A DNA stretch of 64,000 nucleotides from Camelus dromedarius (lineage: Eukaryota): contig NC_087472.1 of assembly GCF_036321535.1 (NCBI RefSeq), positions 98,892,001 through 98,956,000 on the forward strand, in the 5' to 3' direction. Positions 26,631-39,229 of the stretch are shown piece after piece. Every line of letters begins with the position of its first letter. The stretch's first letter is position 1. A program made the translations under genes and the position numbers. Below the pieces are notes generated by a model. It made no database searches. It saw only the letters and a list, made by a program, of their open reading frames with translations, and was not told the origin of the DNA.

Positions 26631-29275
26631 TGAAGAAGAGATTAGGTACAATTAAACAATGTTAGAAACAAAAATGGGACAAACATCAGAGATGAAATAC
26701 ATCAGAGATTTTAAAAGATAAGAGATTTTATGATCAACTTTATGCTCATAAACTTGAAAATTTAGATAAAATGGATAATTTCCTAGGAAATATAACATTA
26801 AAATTGACTAAACAGAAAACAGAAAACTCGAATAAACATAATCATTTAAGAATCTGAGTCAGTAGCTAAAGTTTCACTCCCACACAAGCACAAAACACTA
26901 TGCCTAAATAATTTTATGGATGAATTTTATCAAACATTCAAGGAACACAGAATCCCAATCTTCTGTAGACTCTCCAGGCAATAGCAAATGAGTAAACATG
27001 TAATTCGTTTATTGAGGCTATTTCAATCTTCATACAAAAAACAGACATGGACATTTTTAGAAAGGAAAGTTACTGGCCAATCTCACTAATTAATACAAAT
27101 GCAAAAATCCTAAATAAAATATTATCAATAGTATTTAAATAAGTATAAAATATTATCAGTAATATTTTACTTAGGATGTTTGCATTTTAATGTCTTTAAA
27201 TATGCAACTCAACTACATTGGGTTTAATTCAGTCATAAAAGTGTAACTAGTAAATTGAATAAGTAGGACTCATGGGGTATAATCAGAAAGTAACTTTGAT
27301 TCCCCTATTGCCAATATAAGTCCACTCTGTGGGATTAGATCTTTTCCCTTGGATCGAAAGTAAGGCAGTTCCATGACTCTCATGTATTTTTGTCACGTTT
27401 TGTCACAGAAAAGCCTCAGTTTAATTAAATATCAGTAATAAATAAAGCTTTAATATTTCTTTAAAGTTGTTTCTTCTTCCATCTCTCACCTTAGGCCTAC
27501 TGTGGGCTGGATAGTTGAAATGAGAAAGGGGATGTGGCCACTATCTTCTTACTTTCTCCCTAGAGTGCTTCTAACTCTTCTCTGCCATATTGTTTATGAG
27601 GGTTTGTGATCCCTCTAGAATTGCATTATAAAAGGAGATAGATGAGAAGAGGAAGAAGAATAAGTTCTTCCTTGATTAATACTTGATGAACCAGCATCAA
27701 AACATTTGAGCCTGACTGATGTTTAAACCAATTTGTTTTCTTATGGGGTACTCTTATGTGCTTTTCTCAGACTTTCCTGTCCTTCATATTTCTCAAGTTG
27801 AGTCAATAGTCTGTGTCTTCTGAGATCTGAGTGACACATACCAAACCTTCAAGTGGTTCCACTGAAGCTCCTTTCTCTAGGCTTAAGGTGAATGTGAGCC
27901 CTGCTCCCACACCCTTCCACTGGGAGAACTTTAGACACACAGAACACCTACAGCTTTCTCTCAGTTCCTCTCCTAATTTCCAAGCATTTTCATGGCCTCT
28001 CTACTTTCTTTTAGATGTGGGGATTGGTGGTCAGCTAAGGGTCACAAAACTAGTTTGCAGCTATCTCCTTTACAAGACCACCATGGTGATCTCACACATT
28101 GGCATGTGTTGTTTATTGTTGGGGCCTTCGCCAAAACTGAGACTGAAATAGTTCTGCTTTAAAACTCTGTTTCACAAGGTTTGTTTACTATTGGAAAAAT
28201 CTATTAACACAATTCAACACAATACACAAAGGAGAAGAATATATTATTATCTCAATAGAAGCAATCTTTTCTTTTATTATCTCAATAGAAGATTTATTTG
28301 ATAGGATTCAGTATTTATTTAAGATTTAGAGATCTCTTACAAACTAGTAATACAAAATAATATCTTAACTTGATTAAGAATTACCTGTTAAAAACTTCCA
28401 TAGTAAACACCATACTTAATGATTTAATGCTTGGAGCCTTATTTTTAAAATAAGGATCAAGAAAAGGATTCCATTATCCTCATTTAACATTTCACTGGAG
28501 ATTCTATCCAACATAGTAAGACAAGAATTTTTTAAAAAGAGAATAACATTTATTAGAATAGGAAAGTGAGGAATAAAATTACCACTATTTATAGAATATG
28601 CAGTTGTCTATACAGAGGATCCAAGAAAAATTATTAGAATTGATAAGAAAGTTCAACATATTCACTGAAAATCAGTATGTGAAATCAATTGTATTTCTAT
28701 CCATCAGTAACAGTTAGAAAAATGTAATTTTTTTATTTAAATTTTTTGAAATTATTTTCAATAACAGTTTAAAAAGAACCAATAATAGATCTAACAAAGG
28801 ATGTACATGACCTTTATGGAGAAAAATTATAAACTGTTATAAGACTTTAAGGAAAACCCAAGGAAATAGTGACAAATACCATGTTTATGGAGAAGACTCC
28901 ATCATCACAAATATGTTATTTGTCCCACAATCAATCTAAGAATTCAATACAATCACAATCAGAAGACATTTATGGGTTATGGTAGCTCACAGAGAAAAAA
29001 AATGTGGCAATGAATATATATATATTCATGTATAACTAAAAAATTTTGCTCTACACTGGAATTTGACACAACATTGTAAAATGATTATAAATCAATAAGA
29101 AAAAAAAGAAGACAGTCATGGGAATAATAAATCCAAATTTGAGGGTAGGGGAAATGTGAGAATGGACATATAAGAACTTCTTTTCTTTTATAGTATTTTA
29201 TTTCTTAATCTAGGTAGTTTATACACAGGTGTTCATTATGTTCTTTTTTTTCAGTATTTCTTAAATATTAAGTTT
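26630..29275 (+). mobile_element. Very old L1 (L1ME-like) in pieces at about 26630-27135, 28175-28960 and 29120-29275
   Basis: Collinear decayed ORF2 segments interrupted by about 1 kb of other sequence and by a young L1 tail. Confidence 0.75.
28977..29106 (+). mobile_element. Short young L1 3'UTR insertion
   Basis: Reverse complement of the 51.1/63.6 kb L1 end; A tail; TSD AGAAGACATTTATGGG (28961-28976) and AGAAGACAGTCATGGG (29107-29122). Confidence 0.9.
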
Positions 29276-29384
29276 AGGAAAAGGGTGTTGAGCACACAAC
29301 TTTAGCGTTATATTGCTGTCTACAACAAACCAGTCTCACAAAGTAACTGCTAATTTGGTATGGATTTATATCTAAGTGCATTTA

Positions 29385-29490
29385 CATCCTAGATTCTCTA
29401 TCCTTTACTTCTGTGTGATGTGAAGCAGGTAATTTATACTCTGAAAACCCTCAGTTTCCACATCTATGAAATGTGGTTATCATAAGCAAT
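29385..29490 (+). mobile_element. MIR fragment
   Basis: CCTCAGTTTCCACATCTATGAAATG core. Confidence 0.65.
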
Positions 29491-31282
29491 TTAAAATTAA
29501 AAAAAATTTTAAGTAAGAGGATAAATTATGCTTTCAGTATATTTTAGTTTATTTCTCTATATTCTCTATTTCATTATCTGGTTCAGGTAGTGAAACACCT
29601 GGGACTCATAGTGCCCTTTGAGAAATACCATGAAATTCTGACATATATAACTCAATCTTGTGACCTAGGAGAAGTTTTACTCAAAGTAAATATGGCATTT
29701 GTTTATAATATACAACCACAACCACACACGTAAGTAAGAGTTTCTAAATTACTCCACTAGTCTGCATTTGCAGCCACTTCTATAATTTTGTCTTCTGCTA
29801 GCATTCCTAGCATCAGTATGAGAAAAATTTATGGGTGGAATTATAAGATTGAAAAACCCCATCTATTAGTCTAACTACCCATCCCCCTCCCCCTCCCCCT
29901 CCCCCACCCCTGTGAATTGAGAAAAGAGCACCAATGTTGGAGTTTAGTTGAAAAACCTTCAATTATTCTTGGGGGAGGGGTGGAATCCCTGGGATGCAAA
30001 GCAAATAGAACATTGAAGAGGAAGTCCAAGTGGCTCCACCCAGCAAAATAAAAACATCTTCAAACCCTCCTATCAATATAATCAACATGACAAATCTTTC
30101 TTTAAAAGGTTTCTGGCTTATTAGTCTTTATTATCAGGTACTAGGTCAGACATTCCTTCATTTAAAGATAGAACTGCTATTTTAAAATCCAAATCAGAAG
30201 TTGTTTGAAATACATCCTCTGAACTAAGTTGAAATGATATATCCACAGAGCACATTCAGATAGTGAATTCTATCAAATGGGATTCAGAATAACTGCTCCT
30301 TAAAATGGGATTACCCAGGCATTCTAGATTTTGTTGTATATGTATTTTAATTAATTTACAAAGATCCTTGTAAATGAAGCCTTGCTGGTGCCTAGACTTT
30401 CCTAGTATGACTTGAGATGAATCTACTACTCAAAGAAAATAGATACTCCCATCTACCCTTCCTCCATGGACTGACCAGACCTTATTAAGAACAGATAGTC
30501 CTCTTTCCCAAGGTTGTTCAGGAAGTTACTAATTAATATAACAGTATTTCCTGAGGACCTACAAGGTTAAATCATTGTTCTAGATGCTGGAGATATAGCC
30601 GTGAACAAAATAAAGTTGTGTAGTTTAATGTTAGTAGTAAGTGTTATGAAAGAAATTAATCAGTGCATGAGAATGGAATTATGGGTGATACCATTTAAGA
30701 TAGAGTGACATTTGAGCAGAGACCTGAATAAAGTGAGAGAATGAGTCATGTGAAGATATTGAGGAAGACAGTCTCTGAAAGACGAGAGACCGTGAAGGTC
30801 CTGAGGCAGGAACATGTTTGTTGTGATAGAAGAAGGGCAGGAGGCCAGTGCATAGTTTGAGTTTAGTGAAAAAGAGAGCTAGTGGCAAGAAATGAGGACA
30901 GAGAAATATTCAGAGGCCTTAATGGGGAAGGCTTTGTAAGCTACAATAAAGACCTTAGATTTTACGCTAAGTGTGATGAAAAATCACTGGAAGGTTTTGA
31001 ATTTGGGAAAAATGTACACTGACATATATTTTTAAAGCGGGTCATCCTGGAAACTGTAGGAAAATGAATCGTAGAGAGATAAGAGTACAAAGTCAGAGGC
31101 TACCTTAGCAATCCAGTTGAGAGATCACAATGGCTGGGACTGGAGTGTACTGGTAAAAGTGGTGAGATGAGTGATGGTAGAATATACAGGATTTGCTAAT
31201 GGATTACTTGTAGTGTGTAAGAGAAAGCATAAAAGATGACCACAACTTTTGTGACTTGAGCAAATGCATGAATGATGGTGCT

Positions 31283-31643
31283 TGTCTTTGGGCTACTGTA
31301 ACAGAACACCATAGACTGGTGGTTCACAAACAACAAAATTTTATTTCTCACAGTTCTGGAGGCTGGAAAGTCCAAGAACAAGGTGTTGGCAGATTCACTG
31401 TCCAGTGAGGGCCCACTTCCTGGTTCATAGACAGCTATCTTCTTACTGTGTCTTCACACGGCAGAACGGGTGAGGGACCTCTCTGAGGTCTCTTTTATAA
31501 ATGTACTAATCCCATTAATGAAGGTTCTACCCTCATGACCTAATCATCTCCCAAAGACCTCCCATCACCTAATACCTTCACATTAGGTGTTAGGATTTCA
31601 ATATATGAATTTTTGGAGAGGCACAAACATTTAGTGTATAGCA
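31283..31643 (-). mobile_element. MLT1A-like (MaLR) solo LTR
   Basis: TTTATTTCTCACAGTTCTGGAGGCTGGAAAGTCCAAGA; TG...CA ends; 5-bp TSD GTGCT / GTGCC. Confidence 0.92.
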
Positions 31644-32271
31644 GTGCCATTTACCGAGATGGCAAATGTTTGCTAAGATGGGAAACATTGGAGAAGGAGC
31701 AGTTTGGGGGGAGGGGAAATCTAGTGTTCATTTTTTAACATGTTAATTTTGAGATCTCTATTAGAAATCTAAGAGCAGGCAGTAGACATGAGACAAATTT
31801 GGGGGAAAGTTGGAGCTGGAGACATTTGGGAGGTATCAGTTTATAATTTGTATTTAAGACAATGAAATCTAGAGGCATCTAGAGGCAGCATGTAGATAGA
31901 GAGAAGATGTATGAACATTAACTCTGGGGTGTTATGACATATAGAAATATGGAACAAGAAAATAATACGGGAGACTCAGAAGAGGCAGCCATCAAGGAAG
32001 CAAAATCCGTCTTAGAAGCCAAGAAAGTGTTTCATGAAGGAGAGACCAATCAGCTTTGACAAATGATGCTAAGACCTCAAGGAATACGAAAATTGAGGAT
32101 TGACATTGGATTTGGCAATGCAGATTTGGCAATGTGGAGGGGACTTAAAGAGGCAGATTTCATTGGAGTGTTGTAGTGGATTCAAGGAACAGTTGGAGGA
32201 AAAAAGTGAAGGCAATATGGGTAACATTTTCAAAGATTTAAGCTGTAAAATGGAGTAATGAGATGGTGAGG

Positions 32272-32731
32272 TGTTGGGCAGTACCCCACAGGCCTACAAG
32301 GCCTGTACTATCCCATCCTCAAAACTGAAGAAAGAGCCCCCTAGTTCAGTGACAGAGACATCAAAGGTTTAATGGATAGGGGGATCTCACATCTGAAGCA
32401 AGGTCTTGGAACAACTCCCCACTGTGTGCAGTGGACGGTAGGCAAGACATGGCAGCAGGCTTCCCAGGGGGAGGTTAGCAGTTATGGGAGAATTGATGTC
32501 AGGTTGTCTCATCAATTACCAGGGAAACCAGCAGAGGGGCACACCCTCACCACCCCTTTGATAAGCATAGTGGAGTTCTGATCTAAAGTTAGAACAATCT
32601 CTAGCTGGGGCCTGGGTCAAGTACGTAGGAAGGTCAGTCATGTGAGTAAGGTGTAGGTGAACCAGGCACTGGTTGAGCAGAGGATGTACAGAGAGCAAGA
32701 GATCAATCATCTTGAGTGGCCTGACCACATA
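32272..32731 (-). mobile_element. Solo ERV LTR (460 bp), family unassigned
   Basis: Starts TGTTG, ends CACATA; 5-bp TSD TGAGG (32267-32271 and 32732-32736); minus-strand ATTAAA at 32368-32373; cleanly interrupts the L2. Confidence 0.8.
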
Positions 32732-33963
32732 TGAGGGACTATTGAAACAATGGAGACTTTTATGATTGGACTTATTACAGCCTGTTTGTGTGCTAGTGAA
32801 AATGATAGTGAAATAAATGCTACAGGAGAAAAGAGGGACAGTTACAGAGGCACTGTTTTCAAGGTGCTGAGAAGGGTAATAGGTGACAGGACATCAAGAT
32901 AGGAGCTAGATAGTTTATCTTTTATAACTGGAGAGAAGGCAGAATATATGGGTGCAGATGCAATGAGATTAGAAAATCTGGTGGTGAAGGATGTGGAAGT
33001 TCAAACTCTTTCTGATTGATTTTTCAGTGGAAACAGGTAATAAAGTCATCAGCTAAAAGTGAGGAGTGGGGAATGGTGTTGGAGTTTTGAGGCAGGAGGC
33101 AGTGGTGTGACAGACTCATCTTAGATAATGAGAGAATGACTTGACTTTTGGTAAGTATAATTGGACTACCAGGCAGCACTGAAGGTCGACATGTGGCTCA
33201 TGGTCATAAACCTAAAATGAGCCCACGTGCATACCTTTTCCCAATCATGCTCAGTAACTGAGGTGCGGGCATGCAATAGGTGGAAAGATGGATTTAAACA
33301 CGTTATGGTTTTGCCTATAACTACAAGCTGTCCTGGTCATGTTATTTTTCTTGAGGCGCCATAAGAAGCAAGAGAGTTCAGTGCAGTAAGTCAGTGATTT
33401 GGGAAAGAAGGAGTGGCTAGAAATGAAGCTGGGGAGATAAAGATATCTCCAAGGAAGACAAAACATTTCATTCATTCCTCAGACTTTTTCATATGAATCA
33501 GTCTTTTAATAACCCCCAAGTTTCGTGATGGATCTTGATTACTTCCAACTCCTTCAACATTCAATAAATCATCCCCACCCATAGTCCCAAGAGCAAGAAG
33601 TGGCATCAAGCAACCCATCTGGATATGGGCTTAGCTGTGTGAGAGGAAACCAATGGTGGGAGAAAGCAGTATCACTCACAACCCATGAGGTCCTTGGCTG
33701 TTCTCTGGGGCAACCCTCCTCTTCATTTTCAGGCAGGACATACTTTAATATAGTAAGAAAAGAAAAGCCCAGCGAGGAAGCAATACGTTTCATTGTCCAA
33801 ATGAGTGCTGGTGCTAACAGAGTTTTATGAGTGCGGAGAGTGGCATTTGCAGAATTTTTACCTTATCTGTTTTTCAAGAAGTTAGTTTAGGAACACTTTC
33901 TAAGACAATCTTTAAACAAAAGTCAATTCAAGAGAAAGCCTCTCTCTGTGGAAATATAGAAAG

Positions 33964-33967
<4 letters not shown>

Positions 33968-34023
<56 letters not shown>
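33968..34023. repeat. Compound (TG)15(AG)13 microsatellite
   Basis: Seen directly. Confidence 0.95.
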
Positions 34024-34449
34024 CCAGCGAGCGAGCAGGCATCGATTCCAGCAAAGGCAGCTGTTGGCAAGAGCTTGTGGCATATAACTCTACAAACTGC
34101 CCTCCATACCCCAGCACAGCTTGTGAACTCTCCAGAAAACATTCTGTGTGTGTTAGGCTCCCTCTTTCAGACTCTGCACATAGGCAGCTGTTTTGTTGAG
34201 TTTTGTAATTATACAAATGATGACAGCAGCCTAAACAGCTTCCCATGTTTTCCAGTTTTTCCTTAAGGAAAACAGGCAAGCATTTCCCATTACAGATAAT
34301 CATACATAGAATCTAGGCTTTTCATGGAGATTTTAAGGGTCCATATTATAAGGAACCATGCAATGATGGAACTTAGAAACCAAATTAATGAACCTGGACC
34401 TTATCCTAAAAGTAACAATAAGAGGACAAGCAATGGAAGTCTTTTTTAT

Positions 34450-34905
34450 TTTTGGCTTAAAACAACATTGATGTATTATTTCTCATGAATCTGTGGGTTG
34501 ATGGGGCTGTTCTGCTGGGCTCACTACTGAAATGGAATTCTGTTGTAAGGTGGTTGAGATGGCCTCAGTCATTTGCCTGGCAGTTGGTGCTGGCCTCTTA
34601 CCCTCATGTGGGCTTTTATCCTCTGGTAGGCTTATCTGGTTTCCTTAGGTAGCCTCAGGGCAGTGTTCAAGGTGGGGAAGATGCAAGTTGCACGGTCTCT
34701 TGAGGCTGAGGCTTTGAAACTCAAAAAAAAAAGTCACTTCTGCCACATTCTATTGGTCAAAGGGAGTCCTGAGTCTAGCCCAGTTAAAGGGATGGATAAA
34801 CAGATGGAATCTCTGGGTGGGAGGAAGGGCACAGTCAGCTGCAAAGGGGCAGACATACTGCAATGGGAGGATTTTGTGACCATTTAAAAAAACTGACTAC
34901 ACCAA
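34450..34905 (-). mobile_element. Old MLT1 (MaLR) LTR
   Basis: GGCTTAAAACAACA...TCTGTGGGTTG...GTCACTTCTGCCACATTCTATTGGTCAAAG. Confidence 0.8.
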
Positions 34906-37900
34906 AAAACACTACTGAAATCCCAGAACCCACTTTGGGAAGTGTTATTCTAGGCTGAGTGACTTTTCCTCCCTAAAAAAGTTTCTCCCCAGTAGAGTAC
35001 ATACTTCTGATTGCTTAATTTCATTGTATAATCATATTGTGGTCCTAGGTCTCCTTCACTGGAGTTACAATACACGTGTTCTCTAATTTGGTTATCTTAC
35101 TGTACCAATTGCCAGTGTTTTATCTGGGATAATTCCAATAATTCCATGCTTTTTTTTGTAAGCTGAGAACAAAGAGGTCTTAAAGTTAAAAAAAAAAATC
35201 GTACTTGTTTTATTTTCCAAGATATTAACAGCAGGGGAGGAGCTATGTGGGTTACATCCAACATCACTGGGGGAGATCTCTTCATGCTGCACAGAGCTGC
35301 CTGGATGCATAGAGAACATTTTACCCATGGTCCAGATCCAGGCTCTACAACTGTCCCCTGTTAGTGGAAGTGCTAAGGTATTTTGCTGTATTTTTCTAGC
35401 ATCAGAACTGGAGGCAGAGACTATACTGTTTAGAAAGATTGCATTCATGCAGATCCTTAGACTTGGTATCTTTTAGAAGATGATTTTCATGTGACCTCTT
35501 TTGAGGTTTGCAGTCAACCCCTTTCCTTCAGTTTATGGAATCTTCTATTAATTATAAACTTCAATCTGTAGTTGTACTTCTCCCATACTTTTCAGATGCC
35601 AGAGAAAGGCCATCACCAACTGCTTGAGCTTGTAGCAGATGCTAAGGAGTGGCTCACTCTTCTATTCCAACCTTTTTCTGGTGTGTCTTTCTGTACTTCA
35701 AAGACTGTAAAACTCCTTTGGGGATTCTGAATGTGATTTGTGCTCCACCACTTGGATACTCTCATGTGAAACTTGAATTGGAAAATTAGTTAACTGGGAA
35801 GAGAGGCAGCATATAAGGCATCCCTGTTGATGGTGACATGGGCTATACGATTCTGGAACTGGCAGCTGTGATTTCCTTATTCTCCAGTAGCTACCTTGGT
35901 AACCCAGTCCCGTGGGGCTTTGGGGAGCTGTTCCTTGAATCTCAGTCTAGAATTTTTCTCAATGCTGATGTTATCCATTGAGTTGTAGGTTCTACTGCAT
36001 GAGAAGAGAGAAGGCAGAATGACCCCATAACCCAGGAAGTCTTTAGCTGTTCTCCAGGGCATTTCTTCAGTGTCTGTTCCCTTGGGGCACAGAGCTGGGT
36101 GGAGAAGGATGTAAAGGAAATTTGGAGAAGCAAATGGAAGATACCAGCACAATAATTAGGCCTAATGATCCAGCCAATCCTTGGGTTTTAGCTAGTTTTA
36201 CACCTCCTCTCACTGGCATTCATTGTAGGAGATTTGCTCTTAAATACTCCTTTGTAAACCATGATGGACACTATGCTGTAACATTTACATACCTGTTTCT
36301 GTTATATTAATCATTAAGATTACAATCTTATAGATGAGCAGAGGAGAGGAATTGGAATTGATGGGGCTTGAATTTAGTTTTGTGTGGTTTTAAAGCCTAA
36401 GATTTTCTAGAAAGTCATGCCCCCTTAGGGAGAGAGACAGACAGACAGACACAGATATACACAGAGGTTGGGGGAAGAGAGGGAGAAGGAAATTAAATAT
36501 TAAATCCCTTTGACAAAGATTAAATAAGATTATAAACATACCTGTTTTTATTCCTCTCCTACCAATAACCTTTCTCTCCATCAACTGTCAGTTTTCTAAT
36601 AAGAGAAATAAACAGAACACAACTGACACTCCAAGTGTGGTTTTGAGGATCAACCTTTTTTGGGGCTGTAAAACATTTTACAAACTTCTTTACAAACCTT
36701 TGCAAACTTCATAGCTTTCAACAAATATGTTGATGATCTTATTGATAGTAAATTCACTTATTGCATTCAATTTAGTTTTAAATAATATTGTAATATAGGA
36801 AATTAAGCAAGTGAGATTTGTACCAGGAAAGTAGGCTAGGTAATTTCTTCAGTATAGTGTTTTTGATTATGTTATGCTTTCCATATTATGAGACTTTAAA
36901 ATTGTGTTAATCATTTTATTTCTAAAGCATACTTATTTTAACATAATGAACTCTTATTTAACTTTAATTGTTTTAAATAATTAAGAGATTAATATAGTAA
37001 AGTACAATTTTCACTTTTGTATAGTGAGTAGTTTCTTATATTAGTGTTAAGAATGTATTTGCAAAAAGTAAAATTTTCTTTTCAAAAATTTATATAAAGG
37101 CATGAGATGGAATTTTGCTGGTTTCCTTATCAAGAGGATTGTTTTTTTCTAGCCATGTAGGCACCTTTTTATAGAGTAATTTTCTCTAGTTTCATTATTT
37201 GTAATTGAAAACTATAAACTATCTTTTGTGGCCCCCTGTAACTTGTTCCATGATTGTGAGTTTTAATGATAGCTTTCTTAGAAAGAAGGTAAAATCAGTT
37301 GACTGACACTGATGGACTGGAGTTTATATAGAAGATACAAAATCATAAGAGTAGCTTATTTTTTCTTCAAAAAGAAATCACACACACAAAAAGAAATTGC
37401 ACAGGAATATTTCCAGTTGCCTTTAAGGAAATCTGTATGTTTGTACTTGTCTTTAGCTGCCTTGATGTTTCTTGGGCAGACAGATTTTTTTTATAAGTTG
37501 TTAGTATGAATCATCATGATACAAAATGTATTCTTTGTTTCATTTTAACCTATTTGTCTTAGATCCTGAACTTTATTCAAGTATTTCTTTTTAAAAAAAT
37601 GGAAATGTACTGTTGGCCAGAAAAAAATTAATTTTCTAACCACACCCTTAAAATTTTTATTTTCCCAAAGGACTATTAAATTCTTAAGGTCTTCAACAGT
37701 ACTCTCAGGAGATATCAGGGAGCTTGCATTGAGAGATTAGTATGTTTACTATGCAAGTGCAGTGATGTACATGAAACCTTTTAAGATTAACATAAATGTG
37801 CTATTTTTAAAATACACATCTTGAGGTGGTTAAGGAACCTTAAAAACCTTGCTTTTAACCTTAGATGGCAATTTTGTGAAAAAAAAAAAAAGAGTCTCAA

Positions 37901-38489
37901 AGAAGACAGCCAAATATTTAAGTAATATTTTCCTTTCTCATCAACACTGTAGTAGCAAGAAAGCAGTTAACTATTGAATGTTAGCTTTCTCTAACCCTTT
38001 CAAGACTTAAAATTTGGAGATAATGTTTGCTTTCAATCTTACTTGGAGATACTAGATTATGCATAACTTGGCTAAGAGTATCCTTCATTCAGCATCAGCC
38101 TTGGCTTTTATTAAGAAGCGAAAGTCAGAAAGGGTTATTGGTCCTTCATTATTATATGTGTAAATTAAGACTATATTTTATTTTACTAACCTTAAAGTAC
38201 CTTTAACAAAAAAAAAATAATAATAAAAGCTATAGTTATACATATGCCCCAAGTCTTTGTCCTTTTTCTCTCAGGCAGGGTGGAAAAATGGGGATGAGGA
38301 GCCAATATAGCTATAGGAAATACTTCCAGAAACGAATGTTTATCAGTGCTTTTGTTCCATCTTTAGTGAGGATATTAACAGGCTGTTGTAATAAGTGGCT
38401 GAGTATAATGGAATAGGAATGGATTTTGGAGTCAGCCAACTTGCTGGTTTGGCTAATGGTTAGATGAAAACTGAAACCTCTCCTTCTCT

Positions 38490-39000
38490 GAGGTTTCCTC
38501 TCCTCTGAATTTCAGCCACACTGGCCTCCTTGGTATACCAAACATGCTCCTCCCTCTTGGCCTTTGCTTTGCTCTTCTCTCTGCCAGAAATGCTCTTCCC
38601 TAAGGTATTTCGTGGCTTATTCTTTCAGTTCACTCAGATTGGTCCAAATGCTATCTCCTTGGAGTGGCTTTCCCTGACCTTTCTAAAATAGCTCCTGACT
38701 CTGTTTCTTCATCCTGCTTTATTATTTGTCATAACACTTTTAACCACTTGACGTTGTATTGAATCATGTTATATTACTTTATATTATATCATATCATACT
38801 TTTATATCTACCTTTTTATATGTATTTATAAAAATTATGTAACTATTTTCTGTCTCCTTCACTAGAATCTAAGCAGCATCATGAGGTCAAGTTACTTGCT
38901 TGCCTTGTACACTGCTGTATCTCCAGTGCCTTGAACACTGCAAGGCAAATAGCAGTTGTGCAAAAATGTTTGTTAAATGAATCAGCAAATGCATGAATAA
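38490..39000 (+). mobile_element. L2a 3' end, flanked by MIR pieces
   Basis: CAGCCACACTGGCCTCCTTG...CACTGCTGTATCTCCAGTGCC...TTTGTTAAATGAAT. Confidence 0.85.
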
Positions 39001-39229
39001 GACTGATTTTGCAGGACTCCTTAAGAGAACTAAATAAGACAGCTTATAAATAATGCAGCAGTAAATGTTTAATTAGTGTGAGCTGGCTTTATTCAATGGT
39101 GGGAGAGGAATATTGTATAATTCCCTTTATATTTACACAGAGAAAGATGGTAAGCTAATATATCTGTATGAAATGCTCCCCCTGCCCCAAATGTTTTTAA
39201 CTTAGCACTAAAATGCTGAGAGGTGAGCA

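Larger units (their letters stand above)
30530..33240 (-). mobile_element. Long L2 fragment interrupted by two LTRs
   Basis: Antisense L2a motifs from the 3' end inward (GTGACATTTGAGCAGAGACCTGAA, CACTGGAAGGTTTTGA, ATTGGATTTGGCAATG), collinear across both insertions. Confidence 0.85.

Noticed and set aside
28244..28291. 18-bp direct repeat with a 12-bp spacer
   Set aside because: Only two copies inside decayed L1; a local duplication, not an array.
33827..34303. Overlapping ORFs with CVCV/ERER/THTH/SLSL runs
   Set aside because: Translations of the (TG)n(AG)n microsatellite.
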